Shown: positions 1 through 9,095 of the stretch, one piece after another
How the letters are laid out: the number at the start of each line of letters is the position of its first letter
How positions within the stretch are numbered: the first letter of the stretch is position 1
From: a candidate division WOR-3 bacterium
GTDB taxonomy: Bacteria; Hydrothermota; UBA3072; B12-G15
DNA: 11,593 nucleotides
Assembly (NCBI GenBank): GCA_965649055.1
Contig: CBFGJG010000055.1
Location: forward strand, 1 to 11,593
Direction of reading: 5' to 3'
Notes under the pieces: generated by a model
What the model saw: only the letters and a program-made list of their open reading frames with translations
The model's database searches: none
What the model was told of the DNA's origin: nothing
Position numbers and translations under genes: made by a program

Positions 1-373
1 CTACCTTGTGTGTTAGCATATATACCACCTATAATAATTGATGAGATTTATGATAAAATTTTTAGACAAAACTTAAATGTTAATTATAATAAATTGTACC
101 ACCATGTCCCTGATCTTCCCGTTTTTTTGAAAATGTGGTTACTATTTTTTAATGTCATATAATATTACTAAAAACTAATTTTATGAATCAGCACAAAAAT
201 CAACACAATTTGTCCTGTCCTGAAAATGTTGCTTTTTATTATGAGGGAAATTGGGATTTACTCCAAATGCTTCTGCCTTCTCATACAATATTTGAAAGAA
301 CTTGATTCAGCACAGGTAATAAAAAATGCACTTAAATATATAATAAAATAGGCTTATTCATCTAATTAAAAAA

Positions 374-1537
374 TCATAAGTTATTTAACGCAATATCAAT
401 GTCTTCCTTTAAATCTTCTACATCTTCTATGCCAACTGATAATCTTATTGTTCCAGGTTCAATACCCATTTTCATCCTTTCTTCATCACTCAAACCTGCA
501 TGAGAAGTGTTGAAAGGCATTGAAACAAGTGATTCAACGCCACCAAGGCTTGTTGCCTCTTTTATTATCTTTAGATTATGCATAAACTTAACACCATTCT
601 CATTACCACCATCAATCACAAATGTTATCATACCACCAGAACCATTTTTAAGGATTTTCTTTGCAAGTTCAAATTTAGGATATGATTCAATACCTGGATA
701 GATAACCTTTTTTATCTTTCTTTTTCCTTCAAGGAATCTTGCAATCTCGTATGCATTTTTATTATGCCTTTCCATCCTTATCCCCAGTGTCTTCAATCCT
801 CTTTCAAGAAGGAATGCTGCTATTGGGTCCATTGAACCACCAATGAGTATCATATTTTCCCTTATTTTTTCAACAATTTCTTTTTTACCACATACTATTC
901 CAGCGATTAAATCTGAATGACCATTAAGGTATTTTGATGCTGAATGAATAACTATATCTGCACCGAGTTTTAATGGATTGAGATTATAAGGTGTCAAAAA
1001 TGTATTATCAATTATTAAAATCTGGTTTTCTTTCTTCTTATTCGCTATTCTTTCAATATCCAGAAGTTTTAATAATGGATTTGATAGAGACTCAAAAAGG
1101 ATAACATCTGCATCCTTCATTGATTCGACTATTCCATCTGTATCAAAAGGGTCTTTATATAAAATATGAACATTGTAATTTTTAAGAACTTTATTCAGAA
1201 AATATGTTGTTCCACCATATATGTCGAATGTTGTTAATAATCTCCCTTCCGGTTTTAACAAGGTGAAAAGTGTTGTGGAAATAGCAGCCATACCTGATGA
1301 GAATGTTATTGCACTTTCTGCACATTCAAGGGATTTTATCTTCTCTTCAACTGAACTTCTTGTAGGGTTTGAATACCTCGTATAAAGGTTTATTTCTATT
1401 GCCTTTCCTTTTATTATTTTTTCGTAATCTTCATCTTTAAGCAGAAAATTGCTTGTCTGGAATATCGGTGTATTCACAGCCCTAATCTCTGTATGCAGTG
1501 TCCCTTTATGGACACATTTAGTTGAAAAACCTTTCAT
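374..1537 (-). CDS. PLP-dependent Cys/Met metabolism enzyme (cystathionine gamma-synthase/gamma-lyase or methionine gamma-lyase family)
   Basis: 387 aa with family motifs YTRYSNPT, FSSGMAAIS, IYGGT, IIDNTF, HSASKYLNGHSD (PLP lysine), SLGGVESL and RLSVGIED. GAGGT at 1541-1545 precedes the ATG. The exact activity cannot be resolved by eye. Confidence 0.93.
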   Translation of the reverse strand: MKGFSTKCVHKGTLHTEIRAVNTPIFQTSNFLLKDEDYEKIIKGKAIEINLYTRYSNPTRSSVEEKIKSLECAESAITFSSGMAAISTTLFTLLKPEGRLLTTFDIYGGTTYFLNKVLKNYNVHILYKDPFDTDGIVESMKDADVILFESLSNPLLKLLDIERIANKKKENQILIIDNTFLTPYNLNPLKLGADIVIHSASKYLNGHSDLIAGIVCGKKEIVEKIRENMILIGGSMDPIAAFLLERGLKTLGIRMERHNKNAYEIARFLEGKRKIKKVIYPGIESYPKFELAKKILKNGSGGMITFVIDGGNENGVKFMHNLKIIKEATSLGGVESLVSMPFNTSHAGLSDEERMKMGIEPGTIRLSVGIEDVEDLKEDIDIALNNL

Positions 1538-1543
1538 TTTACC

Positions 1544-2221
1544 TCACTTTTCTATTATGAATTTTACAGAACCTTTAATCCAGGCTATCTCTTTACCGGT
1601 TGTAAAAAGAAGCCATTCATTATCTTTCTTTAATATCCTCCCTGATGAACCTTCTTTAACTTCTAAAATCTCCTGGAAGTTATCACCGGGTCCACTCCTT
1701 CCAATCGTATCTTCAACAATAACACATTCATTAGAATTTATCTTTGTTATCCAGAATACAACAGGTGGAATAAAAATCAAAGATACGAAAATCAATATTA
1801 TTGAAATAAGGAGTAATCTTGGTTCTCTTCTTATAAAAAACAATGTCAATAGAAATGTTCCTAAAGCATAAAGGATTAAGAATATTATAAATGCCTCATT
1901 TAACGAGAAAAAGTTAACAAAAGAGTATGCAAAGTTAACAAGAGGGTTTTCAAAACTTTTTTTTCCTTCAATAATCTCAATATTATTTCTTATCTCTCTA
2001 TCTCTTGGAGAAAGATAATATGCCTTTTTATAATACAATAATGCATATCCCTTCTTACCAAGCCTGTAATATGTATTCCCTATATTGTAATAAAGATATG
2101 GGTTTTTTACTTCTATCTTTAAATATTCTTCCAATGCTTCTTCAAATTTTCCGTTTCTATATAATTCATTTGCATTGTTCAAAATTTGAGCATTTGACAA
2201 TAAAATACTAAGAAAGAACAT
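1544..2221 (-). CDS. batE: BatE-like protein (TPR repeats, two TM helices, C-terminal SH3-like domain)
   Basis: TPR segment (ANELYRNGKFEEAL...YYNIGNTYYRLG...SPRDREIRNN), two hydrophobic helices, and SH3-like RSGPGDNFQEILEVKEG...EW...AWI. Directly follows batD. AGGAG at 2229-2233. Confidence 0.85.
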   Translation of the reverse strand: MFFLSILLSNAQILNNANELYRNGKFEEALEEYLKIEVKNPYLYYNIGNTYYRLGKKGYALLYYKKAYYLSPRDREIRNNIEIIEGKKSFENPLVNFAYSFVNFFSLNEAFIIFLILYALGTFLLTLFFIRREPRLLLISIILIFVSLIFIPPVVFWITKINSNECVIVEDTIGRSGPGDNFQEILEVKEGSSGRILKKDNEWLLFTTGKEIAWIKGSVKFIIEK

Positions 2222-3875
2222 TTAAAATCTCCTGTGTTCTCTTGAAAATACTCTCAATATCTTCTTTTTCGTTCAACGGCGAATATCTTCTAATATTACA
2301 TAGATTTAACAGTTCTATAAATTTTTCTGTAATTTCTTTGTTTATACCGATGTTTATCATCCTCTCTTTTAATTCATCGATTGTTATTCCATATGATTCT
2401 ATGTTATACCTGTGTTTAATAAAATCAAGGAGCAGTTTATGAAGTTCATCAAAGAATCTTTTATCATCTTTCTTTTTCATTGCAATCTTAATCTCTCTTA
2501 AACCTTTCTTCGTAATCTTTGGTAATGACTTCAATCTTGAGTATCCAAGGTCTCTAAGCCTTTTTGTATTCTCAATAAAATACACCAATCCCAAGAAAGG
2601 AAGTAATGTAAAAAATATTGTTAATGAATAGAAAATCTTGTTTTTAAAATTACAATCTTTCAATCTAAAATCTGTTTTTATAAAATATATATCTTTACCA
2701 ATCTTTTTTGTTTCCTTTTCTTCCGTTGTTCCCCCAGGGATAACAAAGAGTTGAGGAATCTTTACTGTGTCAACCACATAAATATTTCTTTTAGGGTCAA
2801 AATAGGAAAATTTAAAACTTTTAAGTGTTTTTATACCATCTGACAATGGAACCACAAGATATTTAAATTTCTTAATACCCTTCTCAATCTCAGTCTTTGA
2901 TGTTATCTTAATCTGTTCTTCTGGCTTATAAACCTTTATATCATTATCACCTTTTATCTCGGGCGGTGTAATAAATCTTATGTTTCCAATTCCTTCGACC
3001 TCAAATATAAGGTTCGTTCCTTCACCAGAAAAAACAGTATCCTTTTCAAAATATATCTTTGTTTTGAAACTTCCAACACCACCACTAAAATTCTCAGGCT
3101 TAGGTTCAGGAAGTCCTTTCACATTTATCTCTTTTTCATCTGAAAGAATTTCATAAGTCTGTCCAAAGAAATCAAAAATATCTGTTGTTGCAACCTGAAC
3201 AAGCATACCGATTTCAGGAATTTTAAGCCTTCCTGTTCTCAAAGGGTATAAAAATACTTTATAAAGTGTCATCGTGTAATACTCAACCCCGTTGATTATT
3301 TCCCTCTTGAATTCTACTTCTTTTGGAACATAAACTTCATCCTTCCAGAAATCCGGAAAATCAGGTCTTTTTGAAAATTCCAGACCTGTTATTCTCTTTC
3401 TTGTGAAAAGCTTGTATTCAACAAGTATTCCCTCACCTTCATAAACATTGTTTCTCGAAACATAGGTTTCAATAAATATACTTCCTTTCTGCTGTGTCTT
3501 TGTTTCCTTTTTTGTTTCTTTTTCACCAATAACAGTTATCTTTATCTTATTGGTTGAATATGTTTCACCTTTATAATTCAATGTGAATGGTGGAATCTCA
3601 AATTCACCTGTGCTTTTTGGTATATATGAAAAAACATATGTTGTTGTAAAACTCCTTTCCATCTTGCCATTTATTATTGTTATCTGGCTTGATGTATATG
3701 TGCTCCTTCCTGCAAGCTGGAATTCTTTAATATCCGGTGGTATTGGTTCAGCATTTACCTTTTCACCTGATATCTTTACTTCAATATTAAATGGTTCACC
3801 AACATTAACAACATTTGATTGAACAGTAGCAGTGAATTCGAAAGAAAGTATAAGTAAAAAAATACTACCAATCAC
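2208..3875 (-). CDS. batD: BatD family protein (repeated beta-rich domains, TM helix, cytoplasmic tail)
   Basis: 555 aa with BatD-type segments (VNVGEPFNIEV, STGEFEIPPFT, VYEGEGILVEY, LYPLRTGRLKIP, VKGLPEPKPENFSGGVGSF, GIGNI, FSYFDPK) and a TM helix near the C-terminus. GTG start, AGGAGG at 3887-3892, expected operon position. Confidence 0.9.
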   Translation of the reverse strand: MIGSIFLLILSFEFTATVQSNVVNVGEPFNIEVKISGEKVNAEPIPPDIKEFQLAGRSTYTSSQITIINGKMERSFTTTYVFSYIPKSTGEFEIPPFTLNYKGETYSTNKIKITVIGEKETKKETKTQQKGSIFIETYVSRNNVYEGEGILVEYKLFTRKRITGLEFSKRPDFPDFWKDEVYVPKEVEFKREIINGVEYYTMTLYKVFLYPLRTGRLKIPEIGMLVQVATTDIFDFFGQTYEILSDEKEINVKGLPEPKPENFSGGVGSFKTKIYFEKDTVFSGEGTNLIFEVEGIGNIRFITPPEIKGDNDIKVYKPEEQIKITSKTEIEKGIKKFKYLVVPLSDGIKTLKSFKFSYFDPKRNIYVVDTVKIPQLFVIPGGTTEEKETKKIGKDIYFIKTDFRLKDCNFKNKIFYSLTIFFTLLPFLGLVYFIENTKRLRDLGYSRLKSLPKITKKGLREIKIAMKKKDDKRFFDELHKLLLDFIKHRYNIESYGITIDELKERMINIGINKEITEKFIELLNLCNIRRYSPLNEKEDIESIFKRTQEILNVLS

Positions 3876-4410
3876 GAGCCTTTGAACCTCCTTTCTTCTG
3901 CTGCTTCAGATAGTCTTCCATCATCTTCTTCATCTCGTCCTTTAAAACCTGTAAATTCTGCTCGACCTTTTCATCCTGCTTTTGTTCCTGTTTATTTTGT
4001 TCATCTTCTTTTTGTTTTTCTTTTTCCTGTTTCGGCAATTTCATAATAAGTTCAATATTCTTCTTTGCATCAATATCTTTAGGATTTAATTTTAATGCAT
4101 TTATATAAGATTTCAAGGCATTTTCAATATCACCTTTCTTAAAATAGGAATTTCCAAGGTTATAGAAACTTTTTGATTTTATATTTCTTTTTTTGCTCTC
4201 GATTGACTTTTTGAAACATTCTATTGCCTCATCGTATTTACCAAGTTTATAAAGTGCTGCACCTTTATTATAGTTTGCATAAGGATTATCAGGAGCAAGC
4301 ATCTGTGCTTCATTATAATAAATCAATGCAGAATCATACTTACCTTCTTTAAAAAATTTATTACCTTTATTTATGAGACCTGAAATATTTGCAAGTAATA
4401 TCAGAATCAT
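3865..4410 (-). CDS. batC: BatC-like tetratricopeptide repeat protein
   Basis: Three TPR-like units (GNKFFKEGKYDSAL, YNKGAALYKLGKYDEA, YNLGNSYFKKG...ALKLNPKD), a Q/E/K-rich tail and a terminal DW motif. Lies between batB and batD. Confidence 0.85.
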   Translation of the reverse strand: MILILLANISGLINKGNKFFKEGKYDSALIYYNEAQMLAPDNPYANYNKGAALYKLGKYDEAIECFKKSIESKKRNIKSKSFYNLGNSYFKKGDIENALKSYINALKLNPKDIDAKKNIELIMKLPKQEKEKQKEDEQNKQEQKQDEKVEQNLQVLKDEMKKMMEDYLKQQKKGGSKARDW

Positions 4411-5381
4411 ACTTCCCTCACGATTAAACCAATTAAAAGTGTTATTATACTAACAATTAAAAAATACTGGTATCTGTCTTCAAGCTCAATAGTCCTGTCT
4501 CCTGTGAATTCTCCTTTCTTCATTTTCTCAATGAAACCAATAATCGGTAAAGGATCCCTGTTTAAACCAATATATCCACCTTTTCCCATTGCTCCTATAT
4601 TTGCAAGCAAAACTTCATTGGGTTTTGATATAACCATCTCGCCTTTCTCATCTTTTTTATATCCTTTTATATTTCCCAGTGAGTCAATCTCAGGAACAGG
4701 TGCACCTTCCTTTGTTCCTATACCTATTGTGAATATCCTTATACCTTTTTCAATATAAGCACCAATTGGAAGATTCACATTACCTGTTAAATCTTCGCCG
4801 TCCGAGATTATAATTACAGCCTTTGATGATGCAGATTTTTCATCGAATATTTTTAATGCAACCTCAAGAGCCCTTCCAATATTCGTTCCAAAATAAGGGA
4901 AGAATTGTGGCTTAAGTAGTTCAAGATACAATGTAAAAACACCTATATCAGTGGTTAATGGACAGAGAATATACGCATCACCTGCAAATGCGACAAGACC
5001 AACCCTGTTTCCTTGAAGGTTCTCCGAAAGCATCCTTAAAATAAGTTTTGCAAGCTCTATCCTGTTTGGTTTTATATCCTCACACAGCATACTTTTTGAG
5101 ACATCAACACAGAAGACCACATCAACACCTTTCCCTTTTGTTATCTCTGCCTTTTCACCCCATTTTGGTCTTGCAGAAGAAATGACAAGGAAGAAAAAAG
5201 ATATCAAAAAGAGAATAAATCTTATGTTTTCTTTTATTGGATTCACATTGAATAAATAAGATGTCTTCGTGAAAAATTTTTTTATTAAAAAGTTCCTTCT
5301 AATCTTTTTTAAAATAAATATGAAAATAAAAACAGGTATAAGAAAAAGAAAATAAAGGAATCTTGGAGAACCCCAGTTCAC
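4407..5381 (-). CDS. batB: BatB-like VWA domain membrane protein
   Basis: ARPKWG, MIDAS DVSKS, RVGLVAFAG, CPLTTD, GTNIG and ISDGED motifs, with N- and C-terminal TM helices. Start revised from ATG 5393 to GTG 5381: GGAGG at 5387-5391 lies 5 nt upstream and the GTG overlaps the batA stop as GTGA. Confidence 0.88.
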   Translation of the reverse strand: MNWGSPRFLYFLFLIPVFIFIFILKKIRRNFLIKKFFTKTSYLFNVNPIKENIRFILFLISFFFLVISSARPKWGEKAEITKGKGVDVVFCVDVSKSMLCEDIKPNRIELAKLILRMLSENLQGNRVGLVAFAGDAYILCPLTTDIGVFTLYLELLKPQFFPYFGTNIGRALEVALKIFDEKSASSKAVIIISDGEDLTGNVNLPIGAYIEKGIRIFTIGIGTKEGAPVPEIDSLGNIKGYKKDEKGEMVISKPNEVLLANIGAMGKGGYIGLNRDPLPIIGFIEKMKKGEFTGDRTIELEDRYQYFLIVSIITLLIGLIVREV

Positions 5382-6340
5382 AAAAGCCTCCATGTTATTA
5401 AAGGCTCTATAAAGAAAATAGAAAACAATATGACTGCAGGTATTAAAAAGAGATTAAATCTCTCATAGTAGTTCCTGTATTTTATAACCTTAAATGTTGT
5501 TGGTTCAAGTCTGTTTATTGTTTCCATAACTTCTTTAAACATATTTTCATCAGTTGCAGCAAAATATCTACCACCAGTTTTGTATGCTATTTCCATCAAC
5601 TCTCTATCATTAATCTCAAAATTCGTCATAACATACCTTTTTATTCCACCCTGATAAACAGGGTATGGGACTTCTCCTTTTTTACCTATGCCTATCGTAT
5701 AGATTTTTATTCCCATTTTCTGTGCCATTGAAGTTGCTTCAAGTGGTGAAATCTTACCTGCATTGTTTATTCCGTCTGTTATCAAGATTATAACCTTCTC
5801 TTTTGCCTTTGAATTTTCAAACAAAAGAAGCGAAGTTGCTATCCCCATTCCTATTGCAGTTCCATCTGGAAGGAGTCCCTGCTGGACATCATCTATCATT
5901 TTAAAAATTATGTTCCTGTCAATAGTCAAAGGGCATTGCATCAATGCACCATTTGAGAAGACGACAAGACCTATTCTATCACCTGTTCTTTTTAAAACAA
6001 ATTCCTTTGCAACTGATTTTGCTACATTAAGCCTGTTCTGTGGTTTAAAATCTTCTGCAAGCATTGAACCTGAAATATCAAGAGATATAACTATATCTAT
6101 TCCCTGTGTTTCAATTTCCTCTTTTTCAACACCTTTTCTTGGTCTTGACATACCGATTATTTCAAGAAGGAAAATCAATATTAATAGTAATAAAGGTATA
6201 TCTTTCAGGAATCTGTAAAATCTTTTGTTCTTAACAATATATCCAAGTGAATATGATATAGTTTTTTTCTTTCTGTTATAAAGATATAATAATGGAATGA
6301 GAAGAATGAACAGAAGATAAAATGGTTTATCTATGAGCAT
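5378..6340 (-). CDS. batA: BatA-like VWA domain membrane protein
   Basis: N-terminal TM hairpin ending SRPR, GIDIVISLDISGSM (MIDAS), DRIGLVVF, QCPLTID, DGTAIG, LITDGINNAG, TGGRYF and a C-terminal TM helix. Confidence 0.92.
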   Translation of the reverse strand: MLIDKPFYLLFILLIPLLYLYNRKKKTISYSLGYIVKNKRFYRFLKDIPLLLLILIFLLEIIGMSRPRKGVEKEEIETQGIDIVISLDISGSMLAEDFKPQNRLNVAKSVAKEFVLKRTGDRIGLVVFSNGALMQCPLTIDRNIIFKMIDDVQQGLLPDGTAIGMGIATSLLLFENSKAKEKVIILITDGINNAGKISPLEATSMAQKMGIKIYTIGIGKKGEVPYPVYQGGIKRYVMTNFEINDRELMEIAYKTGGRYFAATDENMFKEVMETINRLEPTTFKVIKYRNYYERFNLFLIPAVILFSIFFIEPLITWRLL

Positions 6341-7088
6341 TTATGAACTCCTTAACTTTATTAAAAGATTCTTCGGCATCTTTTTTATCAGGAGCAATTT
6401 CTGTGAATTTATATATATCCCATCTTTTCATCAATGGGACAAATTCGTTTAATTCACTTAATTTAAGTTTCTTTATATACTGTGATATTTCAGTTGTTGT
6501 TGATTCTATAGCAGGAAATCTAAATTTCTTCTCAATATATATCCTGAAAATCTCTGAAATATTGAAGAAGAAAATTTTTAAATCTTTTTCAATCATATCT
6601 TTTGCCTTTTCAAGCATACTTAAAGCCTCTTCTTCAGGTGGAATTGTAATTTCTTCAATTATTTTTTTCTTTCTTTTTGGTCTCTTAAAAATGAAGATTA
6701 AAAAAGCAACAAAAGGTATTATTAAAAGCAAAAAAAGATAATATGGATTGAAGACATTTAAAGGTTCTTTTATATCAACAATATCTGTTTCATCACCTTT
6801 AAGAAGGCTTTTAACCTTAAATTCAATTAAACCGAGCGTATCTTTGTCTTTCAACAGGTAAATCTTTTTTTCGCCTGGATGATAAGATGTTAGTTTATAA
6901 AGATAATCATAACCTTGTTTTGATTTATTTATCTTCATCTCGTTTATTTCAATAAGGTCAGAATCGTTAAAGCTTAAAGAAATATTTATGCTATCTTTAA
7001 GATTCAGTTTTGCTTCAATAATCTCACCTGCTGTTATCAAATCCTTTGATATGTTCAATTTTGTAATTGTAAATAAAAGCAGTATCAT
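6327..7088 (-). CDS. Bat-operon membrane protein (DUF4381-like)
   Basis: 253 aa: hydrophobic N-terminus, beta-rich region, one TM helix followed by a basic stretch (KRPKRKKK), PPEEEAL and a helical tail (RIYIEKKF...ESTTTEI). Occupies the usual slot between DUF58 and batA, with an ATGA overlap. Confidence 0.75.
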   Translation of the reverse strand: MILLLFTITKLNISKDLITAGEIIEAKLNLKDSINISLSFNDSDLIEINEMKINKSKQGYDYLYKLTSYHPGEKKIYLLKDKDTLGLIEFKVKSLLKGDETDIVDIKEPLNVFNPYYLFLLLIIPFVAFLIFIFKRPKRKKKIIEEITIPPEEEALSMLEKAKDMIEKDLKIFFFNISEIFRIYIEKKFRFPAIESTTTEISQYIKKLKLSELNEFVPLMKRWDIYKFTEIAPDKKDAEESFNKVKEFINAHR

Positions 7089-7963
7089 ATTGCCATTCTT
7101 TTAGCCCTGTTTCTAAAGAATTTTTCTATTGCAGGAAGATAATCTTCATCTGTATTTATAAAGATAAAATCACAATCGTTCTTCTTGAATAATCTAAACA
7201 ATTCATCATCGTTTCTTTTTTTAAGGTATTTATTTAATTCAAATGAAGGGATAGAAAATTCCTCACCTGTTTCCGCATCCTTTATATCAATAATACCTTT
7301 TATCTTAAAATCTGTTTCAAATTTATCCCTGATAATAACAGGTATCAAGTCGTGTTTTCTTGAAAGTATGGAAAAAGGCTTTCTGATTTTTTCAGTCTCA
7401 AACCCATCGCCTAAAAAATCAGATATCAGGAATATTATTCCTCTTCTTTTTAATATATGCAGAATATATTCGAACGCAGGAACGGGGTCTGTCAGTCTAC
7501 CTTCAGGTTCAAAAAACAAGATATCCCTTAATATCCAGAGTGCATGTTTTCTTCCTTTTTCAGGTGGAATGAACTTTTCTATCCTGTCTGTAAATGATAA
7601 AAGTCCCACCCTATCATTGTTCCTTATAGCGGAGAATGCGAAAAGTGCAGAAATCTCAGCAATTCTCTCCCTTTTCTGTGCATAACTACCGAAGATAGTA
7701 GAACCTGAAATATCTATCATCAGGATTATATTTAATTCCCTTTCATCTATGAATCTTTTAACATAAGGAGAACCCATCCTTGCAGTAACATTCCAATCTA
7801 TTGTCTTCACATCATCACCAATTATGTATTCCCTCACATCATGGAATTCAATCCCTTTCCCTTTAAATGAAGACTTATATTCACCACCAAGGACAGTATC
7901 AACTATCTTCCTTGTATAAATCTCTATTTTTCTTACTTTCTTTATGATATCGGAAGTCTTCAT
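7085..7963 (-). CDS. DUF58 domain protein (MoxR-associated, VWA-like)
   Basis: GEYKSSFKGKGIEFHDVREYIIGDDVKTIDWNVTAR, ERELNIILMIDISGS, NNDRVGL and FLISDF motifs. ATGA overlap with the moxR stop. Confidence 0.93.
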   Translation of the reverse strand: MKTSDIIKKVRKIEIYTRKIVDTVLGGEYKSSFKGKGIEFHDVREYIIGDDVKTIDWNVTARMGSPYVKRFIDERELNIILMIDISGSTIFGSYAQKRERIAEISALFAFSAIRNNDRVGLLSFTDRIEKFIPPEKGRKHALWILRDILFFEPEGRLTDPVPAFEYILHILKRRGIIFLISDFLGDGFETEKIRKPFSILSRKHDLIPVIIRDKFETDFKIKGIIDIKDAETGEEFSIPSFELNKYLKKRNDDELFRLFKKNDCDFIFINTDEDYLPAIEKFFRNRAKRMAI

Positions 7964-8949
7964 GGAACTTCAATAGTATTGAGAATCTTCTGTATAATCT
8001 CCTCTGTTGTTATATTTTCAGCCTCTGCTTCATATGTTAAAATTATTCTGTGTCTTAAGACATCCTTTGCCATTTCTTTTACATCTTCCGGTATAACAAA
8101 CCCTCTTCTTTCAATAAATGCATGTGCCTTTGATGTTTCAAGAAGGTATTTTGATGCCCTTGGTGATGCACCGTATTGAATCCATGGTTTTATCTCTTCA
8201 AGTTTGTATCTTTCAGGTTCCCTTGTTGCAAAAACAATATCAAGGATATATTTTTTAATCTTCTCATCAACATATATATCCTGAACAAATTTTTTCAACC
8301 TCAAAATATCATCAGGTTTTATCACAGGTTTTATCTCTTTCATCTTGGCATCTGCATCAATCTCCATTATTTTTAATTCTTCCTCATAGGATGGATAGGT
8401 TATAACTGCCTTGAGTTTGAACCTATCAACCTGTGCCTCCGGTAATGGATATGTTCCTTCCTGTTCGATAGGGTTCTGTGTTGCAAGGACAAAAAATGGT
8501 TCTGGTAATGGAAATGTCTTATCACCTATAGTAACCTGATGTTCCTGCATTGCTTCAAGCAAAGCAGACTGAACCTTTGGTGGTGCTCTGTTTATCTCAT
8601 CTGCAAGGATTAGGTTTGCAAACACAGGACCTTTTTTTGTCGTGAATTTACCTGATTTTGAATCATATATCTCTGTTCCCATAACATCTGCGGGAAGTAA
8701 GTCCGGAGTAAATTGAATCCTTTTAAACTCCGCATCAATAGATGATGCGAGTGCCTTAACAGAATATGTCTTTGCAAGTCCGGGGACACCTTCAATAAGA
8801 AGATGCCCATCTGTAAGTAAACAGATTATCTGTCTTTCAATCAAATATCTTTGATTTACAATAACCTTTCCAATTTCTCCAAAAATCTTCTGTATAAATG
8901 CGCTTTCCTCTTTTGCCTTTTCATTTATTACATCTATATTTAATTCCAT
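7960..8949 (-). CDS. moxR: MoxR family AAA+ ATPase
   Basis: Walker A EGVPGLAKT, RIQFTPDLLPAD, Walker B LADEINRAPPKVQSALLEAM, ATQNPIEQEGTYPLPEAQVDRF, GASPRA and VLRHRI motifs. Confidence 0.96.
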   Translation of the reverse strand: MELNIDVINEKAKEESAFIQKIFGEIGKVIVNQRYLIERQIICLLTDGHLLIEGVPGLAKTYSVKALASSIDAEFKRIQFTPDLLPADVMGTEIYDSKSGKFTTKKGPVFANLILADEINRAPPKVQSALLEAMQEHQVTIGDKTFPLPEPFFVLATQNPIEQEGTYPLPEAQVDRFKLKAVITYPSYEEELKIMEIDADAKMKEIKPVIKPDDILRLKKFVQDIYVDEKIKKYILDIVFATREPERYKLEEIKPWIQYGASPRASKYLLETSKAHAFIERRGFVIPEDVKEMAKDVLRHRIILTYEAEAENITTEEIIQKILNTIEVP

Positions 8950-8953
8950 TAAA

Positions 8954-8960
8954 CCTCCTT
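8954..8960 (-). promoter_or_regulatory. Shine-Dalgarno site of moxR (AAGGAGG)
   Basis: The minus strand reads AAGGAGG-TTTA-ATG at the moxR start. Confidence 0.85.
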
Positions 8961-8975
8961 TTTATAATTTAAACA

Positions 8976-9009
8976 ATGATATATATACTATGTTACAGAA
9001 AAATTTCAA
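8976..9009 (-). promoter_or_regulatory. Possible sigma70-type promoter for the moxR/bat operon
   Basis: TTGAAA at 9009-9004 is followed by an AT-alternating tract (TAGTATATATATCAT). No exact -10 consensus at 17-bp spacing, and the background is AT-rich, so support is weak. Confidence 0.25.
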
Positions 9010-9095
9010 GGGGAAAAAACAATTTAAGTATTATCTTAATTTATTTGTTCTAAAATAAATACATTATGAATAATATTACTATTTTTCTGTTAAAA

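Noticed and set aside
184..314. 12-bp near-direct repeat TGAATCAGCACA (184-195) / TGATTCAGCACA (303-314)
   Set aside because: Only two imperfect copies, lying downstream of a gene rather than in a clear promoter; chance cannot be excluded.
8075..8800. Non-canonical Walker A (GLAKT rather than GxGKT) as a sign of an inactive ATPase
   Set aside because: GVPGLAKT is common in this MoxR subfamily, and the other catalytic motifs are intact.
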